The notes below the pieces were generated by a model. The model was not told the origin of the DNA and searched no databases. It saw nothing but the letters and a program-made list of their open reading frames with translations. Below are positions 14,260 through 27,495 of a stretch of DNA of 64,000 nucleotides, piece after piece (position 1 is the first letter of the stretch; every line of letters begins with the position of its first letter). The DNA comes from Lama glama. Its lineage: Eukaryota. The translations under genes and the position numbers were made by a program. Location: the NCBI GenBank assembly GCA_028534125.1, contig CM052832.1, positions 14,696,001 through 14,760,000 on the forward strand, given 5' to 3'.

Positions 14260-15313
14260 TCATAGTGATTATTTTTATAATGAGTTTATATTTATATATA
14301 TTAATATATATAACATAAATGTATATTAATATATGTTTTAAAAGATGCAGAGGTTTCTGTCTACAGTAAGAAGGAGTATATATATATAGGAGAGACTTCA
14401 CAGGAAAGATCACATTTAATCACTGTGTGGCAACTATGACTGGTCAGAAGAAGTCAGTGTATAGATTTTGCATTTGAATTAGTAAGGCATACAACCAAAG
14501 AAGGTCCATACCACTTACAAAGAAGGGAAAGACATTTCTGCCAAAGCCAGTTTTCTATCTTGCCATTTCTTTTCTTTCTACAAGCACCTCTGGCTGGTGT
14601 CATCAGCCCTCAGACCTAGGGTCATTGTGCTGTTATCAGGGGAGTTCACTCCACTGTTCATATTTTCCCGATTACTATTTCAATCTGAAAATGAAACCGT
14701 CACTTGACTCCTCTGTCTTATTTGCAGAGTATCTTGAGCCTCGATCTTTTCATAGTTAGGGACTCCAGAAGAAAAGTCATAGATCAGGGAAAAAGCAATT
14801 TTAAAATCAGAATAATACAGAAATTACTCCTCATGTATTTCATCCTCTTGCTTCAGTGGAAAAACTGGGGACAGTCAGACATATGTTTACTTTGAATGTC
14901 AGCTTAAAAATTTAGAGTGAAAATGGACATGTGTTAACTTCTTAGTGGAGAAAGCAGTCCTCCAAAGATGAGGCCTTGTGCTTCATTTCCATGACTCTTT
15001 TCGGACATCATTCTTAGAGTCTACAGATTCAGTGTGATATGTGGCCTTCCCTGGGGTCACCTCAAACCTACCTTCTTGAGGAACTGCTTTGCTTTTGCCT
15101 TTTGTGCTTTCTCTTAGGGATAGACTGTTGGTCAGAGGTTGTTGATTCTGATAATTCTGATCAGTCGTGTAAGATGTCATATAGCTCAAGGATATGTGGA
15201 TAGGTTTAAGTATGTGTGAGAGACAAAGAGGCCTCTTCTACAGTTTTGTAATGAACTGCACCCAGCATAGGACCACTGATTGCCTAACATTTTTTTCTTT
15301 TGCTTGAACTCAG

Positions 15314-15511
15314 GGGCAGAGGCCTGGCCTCCAGGGGTTTGTCTTAAATATGTCGGGGGAGACCAATTTGGACATGTGAACATGGTGATGGTGAGATCGC
15401 TAGAGCCCCAAGAGATTGCAGATGTCAGCGTCCAGATGTGCAGCCCCAGCAGAGCAGGAATGTATCAGGGACAGTGGCGGATGTGCACTGCTACAGGACT
15501 CTACTATGGAG
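15314..15511 (+). CDS. ILRUN: ILRUN coding exon 3, 198 bp, symmetric phase 1-1; NBR1-like domain
   Basis: ctcag acceptor and G|gtgagt donor. Translates GAEAWPPGVCLKYVGGDQFGHVNMVMVRSLEPQEIADVSVQMCSPSRAGMYQGQWRMCTATGLYYG, in frame with exons 2 and 4. Confidence 0.97.
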
Positions 15512-16132
15512 GTGAGTATGTCCTTGGGCAGCCCAGGGTGAAGGAATTAAGGTAACATCTTTCAGCATCCCCAGTATTGCTCACAGAGCCTGTCAAATTA
15601 CATAGCAGGGTGTGGTCTCTTGTAAGCAGTCACCCCATACAGGTAAATGACTTAAATTTAATGATTCTCTAATTTGTTCAGTCTAGCACTCTCTTTACAC
15701 TAGGAATTTAGTTAAAATTTAGCAAAGTAAATGAAATATATGTTGCATTCTAAACAAGGAGTTAGTAGTGCTACTGTTTTTATTATATAATCTGATAGAT
15801 GCTGTAAGAATACTGAAGGCAGTACTTGTTCTCAGAGTCTCTAGACACAAGTCATATAAAAAAAGATAATGCACAAAATGTGCATACTTCTATCCACCTG
15901 ACAGCCTGTCAAGCTACTGATGTCTTTTGCTCCTTCTCTTTATTGTACTTTTTGAACACATTGATTTACCCTCACTGTCTATTCTTCCCATTTTCCTTTT
16001 ATTCTTCCACCCATTCAATCCTTTACCCACTCCAGTGAAATGTTTATTAGCCACTACCCAGTTTCCCAATCCAGTAGCCACTTTACAGTCTTCTCATTAA
16101 CTGGCCTGCCATGACTTGGCACCAAATTCCAA

Positions 16133-16632
16133 NNNNNNNNNNNNNNNNNNNNNNNNNNNNNNNNNNNNNNNNNNNNNNNNNNNNNNNNNNNNNNNNNNNN
16201 NNNNNNNNNNNNNNNNNNNNNNNNNNNNNNNNNNNNNNNNNNNNNNNNNNNNNNNNNNNNNNNNNNNNNNNNNNNNNNNNNNNNNNNNNNNNNNNNNNNN
16301 NNNNNNNNNNNNNNNNNNNNNNNNNNNNNNNNNNNNNNNNNNNNNNNNNNNNNNNNNNNNNNNNNNNNNNNNNNNNNNNNNNNNNNNNNNNNNNNNNNNN
16401 NNNNNNNNNNNNNNNNNNNNNNNNNNNNNNNNNNNNNNNNNNNNNNNNNNNNNNNNNNNNNNNNNNNNNNNNNNNNNNNNNNNNNNNNNNNNNNNNNNNN
16501 NNNNNNNNNNNNNNNNNNNNNNNNNNNNNNNNNNNNNNNNNNNNNNNNNNNNNNNNNNNNNNNNNNNNNNNNNNNNNNNNNNNNNNNNNNNNNNNNNNNN
16601 NNNNNNNNNNNNNNNNNNNNNNNNNNNNNNNN
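16133..16632. other. Assembly gap (500 N)
   Basis: Run of exactly 500 N. Confidence 1.
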
Positions 16633-18711
16633 ATAGATACTCTGTAGATTTTGAATTTTAACATCTTCCAGGCAAAACTTATATTCTTGTCAGCACCCCA
16701 CTGAGATGATCAGTCTAGAAATTTGGAGTCATCTTTTGTTCTGTCGTATCATCCTTAATCACAGACTAATTCCTATTGGCTTCTCTGTATTCAGTGTCCT
16801 GAGATCCAGATAAAAATAAATAATAAATAGTTTCTGTCCTCAGGGAGCTCCTAACTGGACTTATGGCAGTGGGACCTTTGAAGTTATTTCACAGAGTCCT
16901 GGAATTAATATTCTCATGTATGTCTTTGCAACCAGTGGAAATTTAAAAAATTTTTTTTAGCCTGGAAAAATTTTAATAGTAGAAAGCGTATCTCATAGCA
17001 ACATCCTATGTGATGTCAGTCTTTGCCTGAAAATGTTGTGCATATTGTAATGAAGCCAAACTCCTTAGCATGGGGCTTAAAGCTCCTCACAATCTGGCCT
17101 AGCTTCTTTCATTTTCATCTTCAGTCACCTCTTTAGTCCCCACAGCTAATTCTGAAAGACACCACATAATTTGACTTCTTCATGCCCTTGCTTATATTGT
17201 TCCCATTGCCTGAAATATCTCTTTCTTTACAGCAAACCCCTGCTCATCCTCAGGGCCCTGGTGAAGTCACCTTTTCTCTTTCCCTCTTCTCCAGTTTCTT
17301 ACTCTCCCCACTACCTGAAGGAATTTCTCCCTCCCTTTCTATTTCTATTATGTACAACCTTGTTATTATAATTAACACATTGTATTTTAGGTGTTTGTTT
17401 ACCTATCCTTTTCTCCTACTAGACAGTGAAGTATTTGTTGAATAACAAATCAACATCATATAACAATCATGTAAACAATCAAAATGCAGAGAAATTATTT
17501 GTCTCTTCTGTTTTGAACTGTTTTCAGGCCACCTCTCCTCAGAATCTTTTTACTTGCACAGCTGGAAGTAGTTTCTTCCACTGCTGAGCTCTGTTGCGTC
17601 ATCTCTTTCCCTCTGATGCCTTTGCATCTTTTTGGCATTTTACCTCTTTCTGCCCAGTTACTTTGATTAATGTCTAATATCACCTTAAAAACTTTAGGTG
17701 ATATGTGTCTCATTTATCTTTGTAACTCTTGAAAAAGCTGAGCCCAGTACAGAGCAGAGAGTGGCTCATTAATAAATTTGTAAATGAATGTCATTGTTTT
17801 AAGGGAGGAGGAAGACTACATATATGACTTAAAAAAATTCTTTAATGCAAAGATACTTATTCTTAGCATTCTTCCATGTTTAAGACTTGTTTGTGTGTGT
17901 TTTTAGTGTTAAAAATAATTATTATTCTTTGGGTCATTAAAATATATACTAGTAACATCCTTCTCAAATTCTGGAAGTAAACATTATATTAGCTCTGGAG
18001 GCACTAAAAAAATTAAACCCTTTCTTGGTCATATAGCTGTGAGTTATTTTTCAGGACTTTGAATTCTAGTAACTTCAAGGAATCTTAATAATTCATCTGA
18101 TTCCATGATTTTCAAGCATTTTTCTTAAATCAGTGGAACTCTTTCTTGATAAAAGCATATGTGAATGCCTCCAAAAAAGAGAAAAGATAAAAATGAAATT
18201 GGCTTTGTTGAATGGGTGCTTCCTTGGACTGTATTTCCCTGCTCTCTGTCTGAGATGACCTCCAGGGCTCTGTGGAGTGTGTTTGCAAACCATTCATCTA
18301 CTCTAATAAAGAATTTAATTCTATTTACAAGCTACTATGTTTTTTTGAATTCAGTTTACTATTGATTGTAAAACATGTGGTGACAACAGAGATGTTAGAC
18401 TGGCAGAAAATGATTATAATATACATAAAACCGCAACTGAACATATGAAAAAAAAAATAATGTGTCATGTTAACCTTGGCAGGATTGACTCTCCAGTTTT
18501 TCTGCTCACTCTTAGTTTGCTAGCTCATTGAGTGTAGTGTAGTGGTAAGAGTTTGGAATGTAGGACTACGTTGCCTGGGCATGGACTTGGACGGGTTAGG
18601 TAACTTCTCTGTGCCTCATCTTTCTGTTTTAACAACAAGAGCTTGCTTATTTTGTTTTTCATTGGCTGGTCTCTAAAAGTCTTTAGATGGTATTTTCTAG
18701 GAAGAATCCAT

Positions 18712-18747
18712 TCTCTCTCTCTCTCTCTCTCTTTTTTTTTTTTTTTA
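18712..18747. repeat. (CT)n plus poly-T simple repeat
   Basis: Read directly from the sequence. Confidence 0.9.
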
Positions 18748-21700
18748 CTATAATGCTTATGTTGTTTGAGCTCATTTCTCTTCCTCAAAAGGGATATTTG
18801 CTATATTTAGTAATTTACAAAGTGAGTCTTCCCTCATTTTAGATTGGTTGTACTGTTTCAGCCTCTCAACAGGAGTGCTGTTGGCACATTGTTTGGACAG
18901 TTCTTCATTATGTGGGACGTATTTATAAGACCCTTGCCCCTCTCCGGCTAAATACCTGTAGCTTCCCATGTTCATCTTCACAGCCACCCCTCTTCTCCCA
19001 CCACACACGTTTCTAACTCTCTTGGTTGAGTGGCACTAAATGTTTGATCCTGGGCAGATTTATTTTCAAGCCCAAGCATTTTATTTTCTTTTCTTTCTCA
19101 GACTATTGCTTCTTAGATAAAGGCAACCTGTTGTCTAATACCTACTGCTTGTCAGGCATTGCATTGTAGTTTTTCATATAAATTACTTTATGAGGGAAAT
19201 ACTAGCTACATTTTATGGATGGATGAGGAAACTAAAGACCAGAGATAATTAATGATTTGTCTGAGTTTCAGTAAGAGTTATAAATTAGTTATGAAAAGTA
19301 TAGTTACAAATTAACAAAAGTAGGTTTATGATCTTTGTTATTGGGCACTACTAGGTAGGGTTCACAGGGAAACTTTGGCTCTAGGGTTTTGGCACTTCTC
19401 AGGATTTAGGGAGGCAGAGGTTATATGGTCCCCAAGTCCTCTCCATTGCCAGAGTGTGTGGGAATGAGGGTCAAGCTGAGATTGGCAGTTCGACTCTTAG
19501 GTAGTTGATTAAATAATCAGTGTTCCCCAGGGAGTTCCTGCCTGCTAGAAGGTACACAGTTCCTATAGGACACTTGCCTCTTGGGAAGGAATAAGCACCT
19601 TGAGTGGCTGTCCCCATTTTAGCCTATGTACAAACAGTAACATCTCTCCCCTTTTCCTAGTAGAATGCCCTCTTCCACAATTCCATTGGAGAAATATACC
19701 CCTGCACTGTGACGGTTCCTTCTAATGCAGCGGGATTCTAGTTGTGAAGTAAGCTAAGGTCACATGATAGTCCAGTTACCACGTGCTAATGATGGTTTCT
19801 CCCACTTGAAATAGCCCTTCTTAAATGCCTCATGTGGGTCCTTAGGGACATTTCACATGTAAATTAAATACTTACACATTATTCACTTAATTTTCTCAGA
19901 TGTTAGACATGGAACTTCCCTTATTAAGCTCACAAACCATAATATATGATATAGTCCCATGGGTTAGGAAACTTAATGAGTGCAGTGTGTAAACCACACT
20001 GTTTATTTCTTAAAAGCTTTGTAAGTTCTTCCAGCTTCTTCAGTTTACGGAATGTTCTCCTAACCAGGTAGTGCAGGACTGCCCCTCCTCATTCTTCTCC
20101 CCTTGTTTTGACTTACGTTATAAGAGAAGCTCTGATTTTATATAGACTGTTCTAGACTGTACGCAGGTGTCTTCTATTTAGATGCTGTTATACTTGGTAT
20201 TTCTACCAGTTCTCTTGCCTTTTGCCTATTGACCCCACCTTAGAATGTCTGTCTTTTATGTTGCACTCAAAAACCTACGGCAACAACAAACCTGGAAGCG
20301 GCATGGTGTCCCAGAGTAACAGCCATGTGCATGGCAATATATCCATCAAGCAAAACGTTAAGATCTGTAGATATATCATAATCTGTATGGGGGAATTCAT
20401 TCAATTCATGTTTTCTTAGCCTCTTCCATGAGGTAGGTGTGAGGATGCATCAGTGACCAAGACTATATGGACAGACTCTTAAGGCATTCAGTGAGACAAG
20501 GAGACAAAAAGGAAAATCAACAACAAAAAGCCTGCCTCATTTGCTTTTAGAAGATCTCATTAAGATGCTCTCTCTTCAATTCTGATCTTTAGAACCCTCC
20601 AGTATCAGAAATATGAGTACCCCTTGAAAATTAGATTTCTTTTTTAATAAAAGAAATGCTAAGCTTAAGCTGACTGTGACTTGTGTGGGCAATGCTTTTT
20701 TATAGGAACATTTCAATATGTAAATGAGATCTGAAATCCTTAAATATCTTTATGTTATAAGGTTTGTGTTAAGTTTAAAAGGTGATGGGCTACTTCAACT
20801 TTATAGAAGGAAGGCTACCATTGGTTGTACTGACATCAGATGGTCATAATTGTTTGGTGGTCATGTTCAGGTAGTTCCTTCCGCATGAGTCAAAGGCAGT
20901 GTTAAGTGGTGTACTGTTCAGATTAATCTATAAAAAGCAGATATGTGGGCCCCGCTGTGGAGTATGGAAAATCAAGAAATCAAATGAAACATTTGCATGT
21001 CCAGATATGAAGCTGTTTTAGTGTGAACTGTTACTGCTAACACTGTCTTATGATTAGTTTTATTATTTCTCAGTAGATCAACTATATATCTAAAGATTTG
21101 ATAGAAGGGTAAAAATATAATTTGAAAGTAACATCTTTTTTTCTTATGGTAGCCTGGAATGTTGATCTGGAATGTTAAGTTCCAAGGATTCTGAATTTTG
21201 GAATTGACAGGTCCTTAAAAAAATTTTAACCAAATATAATTCTTTATTAAAATATTGATATACTTATTGTTAAAAAGAAAATAAATAGTTGTAAAACCAC
21301 TGGCCATTTAAAAAATGCTTAGGCATAATTTGCTTTTTAAAAAATATATTTATAATCCTTAATTTTTTTGTTTGTATACATTGATAAGGGCTATAGCTAA
21401 GGTTGAATCTAGTTAAAAAGTAGTTACTTAGAGAGTATATCCCTATCATAGTAAAACATATACACATAAAACTTTCTGCACTTCTTTGATTCTTATATGA
21501 CAGTAATTTTACTATGCATCATTGCTTTAATGACTACTTTTCTTGGGATAAGAGTAGAGCCATTATATTAAATGAACATTTGATCATATGATGCATTTTG
21601 ATTTCAGAAACATTAAAAATGAGGCAGAAAGTAAGACTTACAATGGAGGAGATATGTACATTTCCCTGTTACAGAGAAGTATACATATAGGCTGAAATTC

Positions 21701-21863
21701 TTTCAGATGAGAAATTCTTAAGGTTTTAGTGTGATGGGAATTTTTAGTAAGTGCTATTGTGTATACTTGCCACTGAATCAGACCACAGAATGTCTCTTAT
21801 AAACACGGAAGCAAGCATAATTGCTTCTTGTTCAAATCATGGTGAATACCTAATTTATCAGTA

Positions 21864-22415
21864 CAGTAATCCCCCTAGACCCACAGTGGATGCTTAAAAC
21901 TACAGATAGTGCTGAACTCTGTATATACTATGTTTTTCCAGTATGTACATACCTATGATAAAGTTTAATTTATGAATTAGGTATAATAGATTAACAATAA
22001 CTAATAATAAAATAGAACAGTTATAACAATATGCTGTAGTAGGAGTTATTTAACTGTGGTGTCTCTTCCCCTCTCTCTCACTCTCAAAATATCTTATTGT
22101 TTGTACTCACCCTTTTTATGATGATGTGAGATGATAAAATGCCTACAGGGAGGATCATTTGCTTTGGGGGATCTTGAATCATCAAGCCATGATGGTGGGA
22201 GTGGTCGGACAGGAGTAGATGATGTCAGTGGTTGGGGATCCCAGGTGAGATAGAACAGGGTCGTGTGAGATTTCATCACGCCACTTAGAATGTCGTGCAA
22301 TTTATAACTTACGAATTGTGTATTTCTGGAATTTTCCATTTAGTATTTCCAGATTGAGATTGGCTCTGGATAACTGAAACAGCACAAAGTGAAACTGTGG
22401 ATGAGGAGAGACTAT
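21864..22415. mobile_element. MER44 (Tigger7-derived) MITE, MER44B-like
   Basis: TA-flanked cagtaatcccc start; internal acatacctatgataaagtttaattta and tttctggaattttccatttagtattt; homologous to the copy at 41736. Confidence 0.85.
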
Positions 22416-23169
22416 ATAACTACTAAAAAATATGTGTTTGTTTTTTTTTTTTAACAAAATGGTGATTAGTATCTAAAATAATTGATGTATAGGACTCTTA
22501 AGCTTTATCTGATATCATAATTTTTATGATGCAGTTTATATTCTTTAATTATTGCTCAGAATGTAGCCATTATTTTATTTTTAGAACACCCTATTGGTCT
22601 TATAGTTAAAGCTGGGAATCCTTGAAGAGGATATCTTCTTACTGAAAGCAGATTGTATTCTGTTCCTGTAATGATGCTTTGATACTAGCCACACGATGCG
22701 CTAATGAGTTTTTCCTTGGAATGCAAAGATATTTATCACTTAGAAATTAGTTCATTCTGCAATCTTTATCTTGAAAAAAATCCCCCCCCCCAAATTTTTA
22801 AAGGTCTCTTAATTTTTTTTTCTTTTAACTTTAAAGAGCTTATGTTTCCTTTCTTTACAAAGAGAATGCCAATGTTGGACATTTGGCTCCAGGTAGGAAT
22901 GCTCTGAACCTGTTAACCTCTGGATTTTACTTTGTAGCGATCATTATCCTTCGAGTTTCCTCTTACGATTTCTGAGAGTTTTTCCTGTACTTTGTTTTGA
23001 GATAGTGTTAAAAGTAGTTGAATTCTAAAGTGTGTCAGGCTTTGGCTTAGTAGACACTTCAAAGTCATTTTTTCCTTTTTAGTTTTATAGTTCTCTTTTT
23101 TTTTAGAAATCAGAAGTGATTATGAAAGCAGATCTTATTTCTGACCTAAGTCTTACTTGAAGACTTTAA

Positions 23170-23290
23170 ATGTACTTTAATAGTACATTTTATTTAACTC
23201 AGTATAGCTAAAAGATTATCATTTCAATATGTGATTCTAGCTATATTTCAGGTATTCAGTAGCTATATGTGGCTAGTGGCCTGCAGCTCT
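23170..23290. mobile_element. MER3/MER33-like hAT fragment
   Basis: ttttatttaactcagtata...attatcatttcaatatgt...gtagctatatgtggctagtggc. Confidence 0.55.
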
Positions 23291-23329
23291 ATAAACTCTG
23301 GTGTGTTGTACCAATTTTATTTTAAATTT

Positions 23330-25075
23330 TTTCTGTAACAAACTATAGAATTCTTCTTTTGAAGAATTTGCCAGTGAAATCTTCTGGGCCTTCTTTTTTG
23401 AAGATTTTAAATTACTAATTCAATTTAAATTTATAGTTACAGATCTGTTCAGGTTATCTTTCATCTTGGGTGACTTGGGTAATTTCAAGGAATTGATCCT
23501 GTTCACTAAATTGTTGAATTTTTGTATGTAGAATTGTTTGTTTATTATCATTTTAGTGCCTTCTGTGTCTACAGTGATAATCCTCTCTTTCATTCTTGAT
23601 GTTTTGTGTCTCCTCTCTTTTTTTCTTTAATAATCTTGAGAGATATCTTAATTCTAAGAAAACCAACATTTGGTTTCATTGGTTTCATTGATTTTTTTCT
23701 ATTTTCCTGTTTTTGATTACATGGATTTCTGCTCTTAATTTCATGATTTCCCTCTTTCTGCTTGACTTGGATTTATTTTATTCTTTTTCTAGTTTCTTAA
23801 AATGGAAGCTTGGGGTCGTTGATTAGAGAACTTTCTTTTATAATGTAGATGTTTAATACTATTGTCTTAGTCTGTTCAGGCTGCTATAATAAACTACTCT
23901 AGACAGTGGCTTATAAACAAAAGAAATTTATTTCTCACATTTCTGGAGTCTGAGGAGTCTAAGAGTGAGACGCTGGCAGATTCAGTTTCTGGTGAGAGCC
24001 AGCTTCCTACTTCACAAGATGGCTGTCTTCTCGCTGTATTTTTCTCTGGGATCTTTTTTCATGAGAGTATTAATCCCATTCATGAGGGCTCTATCCTCAT
24101 GAACTGGTCACCTCTCAAAGGTCCAACTTCGAAATACACATTGGGGATTAAGTTTCAACATAAGAATTTTTAGTCTATAACAACTATAAATTTCCCTCAA
24201 GAGTACTGCTTTTAGCTGCATATCGTAAATTTTGAAATACTATATTTTCATTTCTGTTCAGTCCAAAATATTTTCTAATTTCCCTTGAGACACCCTGTTT
24301 GACATGGATTATATAGAAGTGTGTAAATTTCCAAATATTTGGTGATTTTTCTTATATCTTGTTTAAGCATTTCTAGTTTAATTCCATTATGTTAAGAGAG
24401 CATACCTTGTATGATTAATTCTTTTAAATTTGTGAAGGTGTTTATTACCCAATAGATACTATTTATCTTGGTGAATATTTCGTGTGTACCTCAAAAAAAT
24501 GTATATTTTGCTATTGTTGGGCGGAGTGTTTGTATAAATGTCAGTTAGATCCAGTTGGTTGATGCTGTTCAAGTTCCTCTATATCTTTATAGATTTTGCT
24601 TGGGGTGATCAACTAGTTCTGTCGATTACTGAGAAAAGACTGTTGAAGCTTCCAACTTTAGCTTTAGATTTGTCTCTTTCTCCTTCAGTTCTGTCAGTTT
24701 TTGGTTCATGTATTTTGAAGCTCTATTCTTTGGTGCATACACATTTAAGATTGTATCTTCCAGGCAAGTGACTCATTTATTATGTGTAATGTCCCTCATT
24801 GTCGCTGGTAATTTTCTTCATTCTGAAGTCTGATATTAATATAGCCATGCTAGCTTTCTTTGATTAGCATTTGCTTGATATATCTTTCCCCTGCCATTTG
24901 CCTTCAACCTGTGTGTATCATTGTATTTGGGAGTTTCTTACAGACAGCATATGGTTGGGCTAATTTTTTTCCCCCCATTTCTGGCAATCTCTGTCTTGTC
25001 ATTAGTGTGTTTAGACTATTCACATTTATTATAATTTTTGATGTATTTGAATTTAGTTCAACTATTTTATTATTT
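23330..25075 (-). mobile_element. Old L1 ORF2 5' region, antisense, interrupted by MLT1A
   Basis: gaatttgccagtgaaatcttctgggcc, actataaatttccctc and tttattatgtgtaatgtccctc are antisense L1 ORF2 motifs. Confidence 0.8.
23863..24182 (-). mobile_element. MLT1A-like (ERVL-MaLR) solo LTR
   Basis: TG...CA termini (tgtcttagtctgttcaggctgctata ... gtctataaca) with perfect 5-bp TSD ACTAT at 23858-23862 and 24183-24187. Confidence 0.9.
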
Positions 25076-25136
25076 GAGGACTTTAAAATCAGTTATATCA
25101 CTGAACTTATTAGTTATTTATGATTAATTTTTTAAA

Positions 25137-25649
25137 TTCTTACTTTTTATTGAAATGTAGTTGATTTGCAACATTAGTTTCAGATGTACAGCAAAGCAAC
25201 CCAGCCATACACATATAGACACATACATACATGATTTCAGATTGTCTTCCATTACAGCTCACAGTTTTGTATTACAGAAACTGAATATAGTTCCCAGTGC
25301 TGTATAGTAGGTCCCTGTTGTCCGTCTATCCTATTCATAGCAGTGTGTATTTGCCAGTCCCAAACTCCTAGTCCATTCTCTCCCCACACCCCCCTGTGGT
25401 ACCACAGTTTATCTATGTTTATGAGTCTATTTCTGGTTCTCAAATAAAATTTGTCTTTTTTCCTTCTAGATTTTGCACATAAGCAACATCATATGATACT
25501 TGTCCCTCTCTGACCCACTTCACCTAATACGATAATCTCTAGGTCCATCCATGTAGCGGCAAATGGCATTGTTTATTCTTTTTTATGGCTGAGTAATATT
25601 TCATTATATACATGGAATATATATATGTATACATACACACCACATCTAC
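25137..25649 (-). mobile_element. Younger artiodactyl/camelid L1 3' UTR fragment
   Basis: tttttattgaaatgtagttgattt..., tatagttcccagtgctgtatagtaggtccctgttg and ctctaggtccatccatgtagcggcaaatggcatt; flanked by a ~40-bp direct repeat. Confidence 0.85.
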
Positions 25650-25997
25650 ATCACTGAACATATTAGTTATTTGTGGTTAAATTCTTTAAAAAATGTATTT
25701 GTTCTGATAATAAAATGTATGACTCAGAAGATGCAGAAAATATAAAGAAAGAAAACCATTTATTCTGAAATACAGATACAGTATCCAGATATTAGTGTAC
25801 GTATCCAAATATTAAATGCAAAAAAAATTTTTTTTTCAAATTTGGTATTGTGCTACATATAGTTATATAACCTACTTTTTTCCCATTCACTAGTATTTTA
25901 GAACCTTTCCTTCTTGTCATTACCTTCAAAATCACGATTTTTAGTAGCTGCATACCATTCCATTGGATTACTGTTAACTAAGATATTGTAGATTATT

Positions 25998-26213
25998 CTT
26001 TTTTTCAAATTGAGATAAAATTCACACAACAAATTAACCACTTTAAAGTGTACAATTCATTGACATTTAATACAGTCATAGTATTTTCCAACTGTCATCT
26101 GTTTAGTTCTCACACATTTTTATCACCCCATAGGGAAACCCCATATACCCATTAAGTAGTCACTCCCCATTCGTATAGCCTTTGGCAGCCACTACTGTAT
26201 TTTTTGTCTCTAT
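25998..26213 (-). mobile_element. L1MB-like 3' end fragment
   Basis: attgagataaaattcacacaacaaattaaccactttaaagtgtacaattca...ccattaagtagtcactcccca. Confidence 0.7.
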
Positions 26214-26394
26214 AGGTTAATAATTCTTTTTGCTGGGTTGGGGCAAGGCATATGAATAATTATCAAGTAATAAAATAAATTAGAGGGTCATCTCAAAAAC
26301 AGAATCTGGGCTGCTTACCAAGAATGAACAAACCATAACTTATTTGGCTTATTTATAGTTAAATTCTTAAATATTCTTTTTTAGTGAAGAAGGA

Positions 26395-26650
26395 AAGTAG
26401 AGTAGCAGCATGAGCCTTGAAGTCACGCAGTCTGGGTTTGACTTCTAGTTCAACAGTGCAATGGCAGTGTGACCTTCAGGAAATTATTTTATCTTTCAAT
26501 GACACGGTTTCTTCATCTATAAAATAAGGAAAACAGTACTTACCTCATAGGGTTTTGAGGGAATTTGAGGAGTTAATGCATGTAAAAGGTTTTAGAAAAG
26601 GCGCAACAGCACCTGGCATGGGAAGCAGTGAATATGTGTTAGATGCTTAT
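26395..26650 (+). mobile_element. MIR SINE
   Basis: gtgtgaccttcaggaaattattttatctttc...tttcttcatctataaaataagg...tacctcatagggttttgag core. Confidence 0.75.
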
Positions 26651-27410
26651 TTTTCTTCTTGTTAAAATACATGACTGTATTGTGAAACCTTACACAGTTA
26701 TCCTTCCTCAGCTGTTAACTTGTCTTGTAAGAACTTTCTGAGTAAAAGTTTCTTAAGATTTTTCCATCTCAGATATCTCAGTGGTCTGTTTCTTTGGAGT
26801 CCTGATGGGTTCTTCGGGGTAGAGTCAAAGACTCTAGGTCATTCAACAAGAAAGGTGTTAAACGCTTATATGGAGTACCTAAGGCAGAGGAATGTGCAGC
26901 TTGATGTGCAGTGAAAATTATACAGAGAATTAAACTTTACTGGAGCCAAAACTAATGAGCAGAAACTTCTCTGGGAACCAGTATGGAGGTAGAAAAACCA
27001 GAACTATAACTGAGAAAATGCTGGAGGCTCGGTATGAACAAGCCAGAGAAATAAAGACTCTAGGAGTATCTCCACACTTTTGTGAGTTTTACCTAAAGAA
27101 TCTCTACCAGGTTTTCCAGTGGATATTGGAGAAAAAATCCCCTAATGCTTCTGGCAGGGTTAGGAGGGAAAGTAACTTTTGAATTACCCAGAATATTCTG
27201 GGGTTTTTTTAAGGTCTGCCCTTAGGAGAAATTATTTTACCAAAGCCTAACCTGCTGTGGTTTTATCAGAGCCTGACTGACCTGGGGGAAGGAAAATGCC
27301 CAGCTCCAGTCCCCTTAGCCATCTGGTCCCATAAATGGGGGAAAATGAGAATCACTGGCAAAGTTCATAGTCAGGGGCACAGGCTCATCAAAAGACAGAC
27401 AAATACAGGG

Positions 27411-27495
27411 CTGCAGAATGCTTCCCGTCCCCCTGTACCTTAACTAAAGGACTGCAGAATGCTTCCCCTCCCCATATACCTTAACTAAAGGACTG
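27411..27495. repeat. Tandem duplication, 2 x 41 bp
   Basis: ctgcagaatgcttcccgtccccctgtaccttaactaaagga and ctgcagaatgcttcccctccccatataccttaactaaagga, 3 mismatches. Confidence 0.95.

Noticed and set aside
16083..16664. Long ORFs of 178-193 aa
   Set aside because: Artefacts of translating through the 500-N gap.
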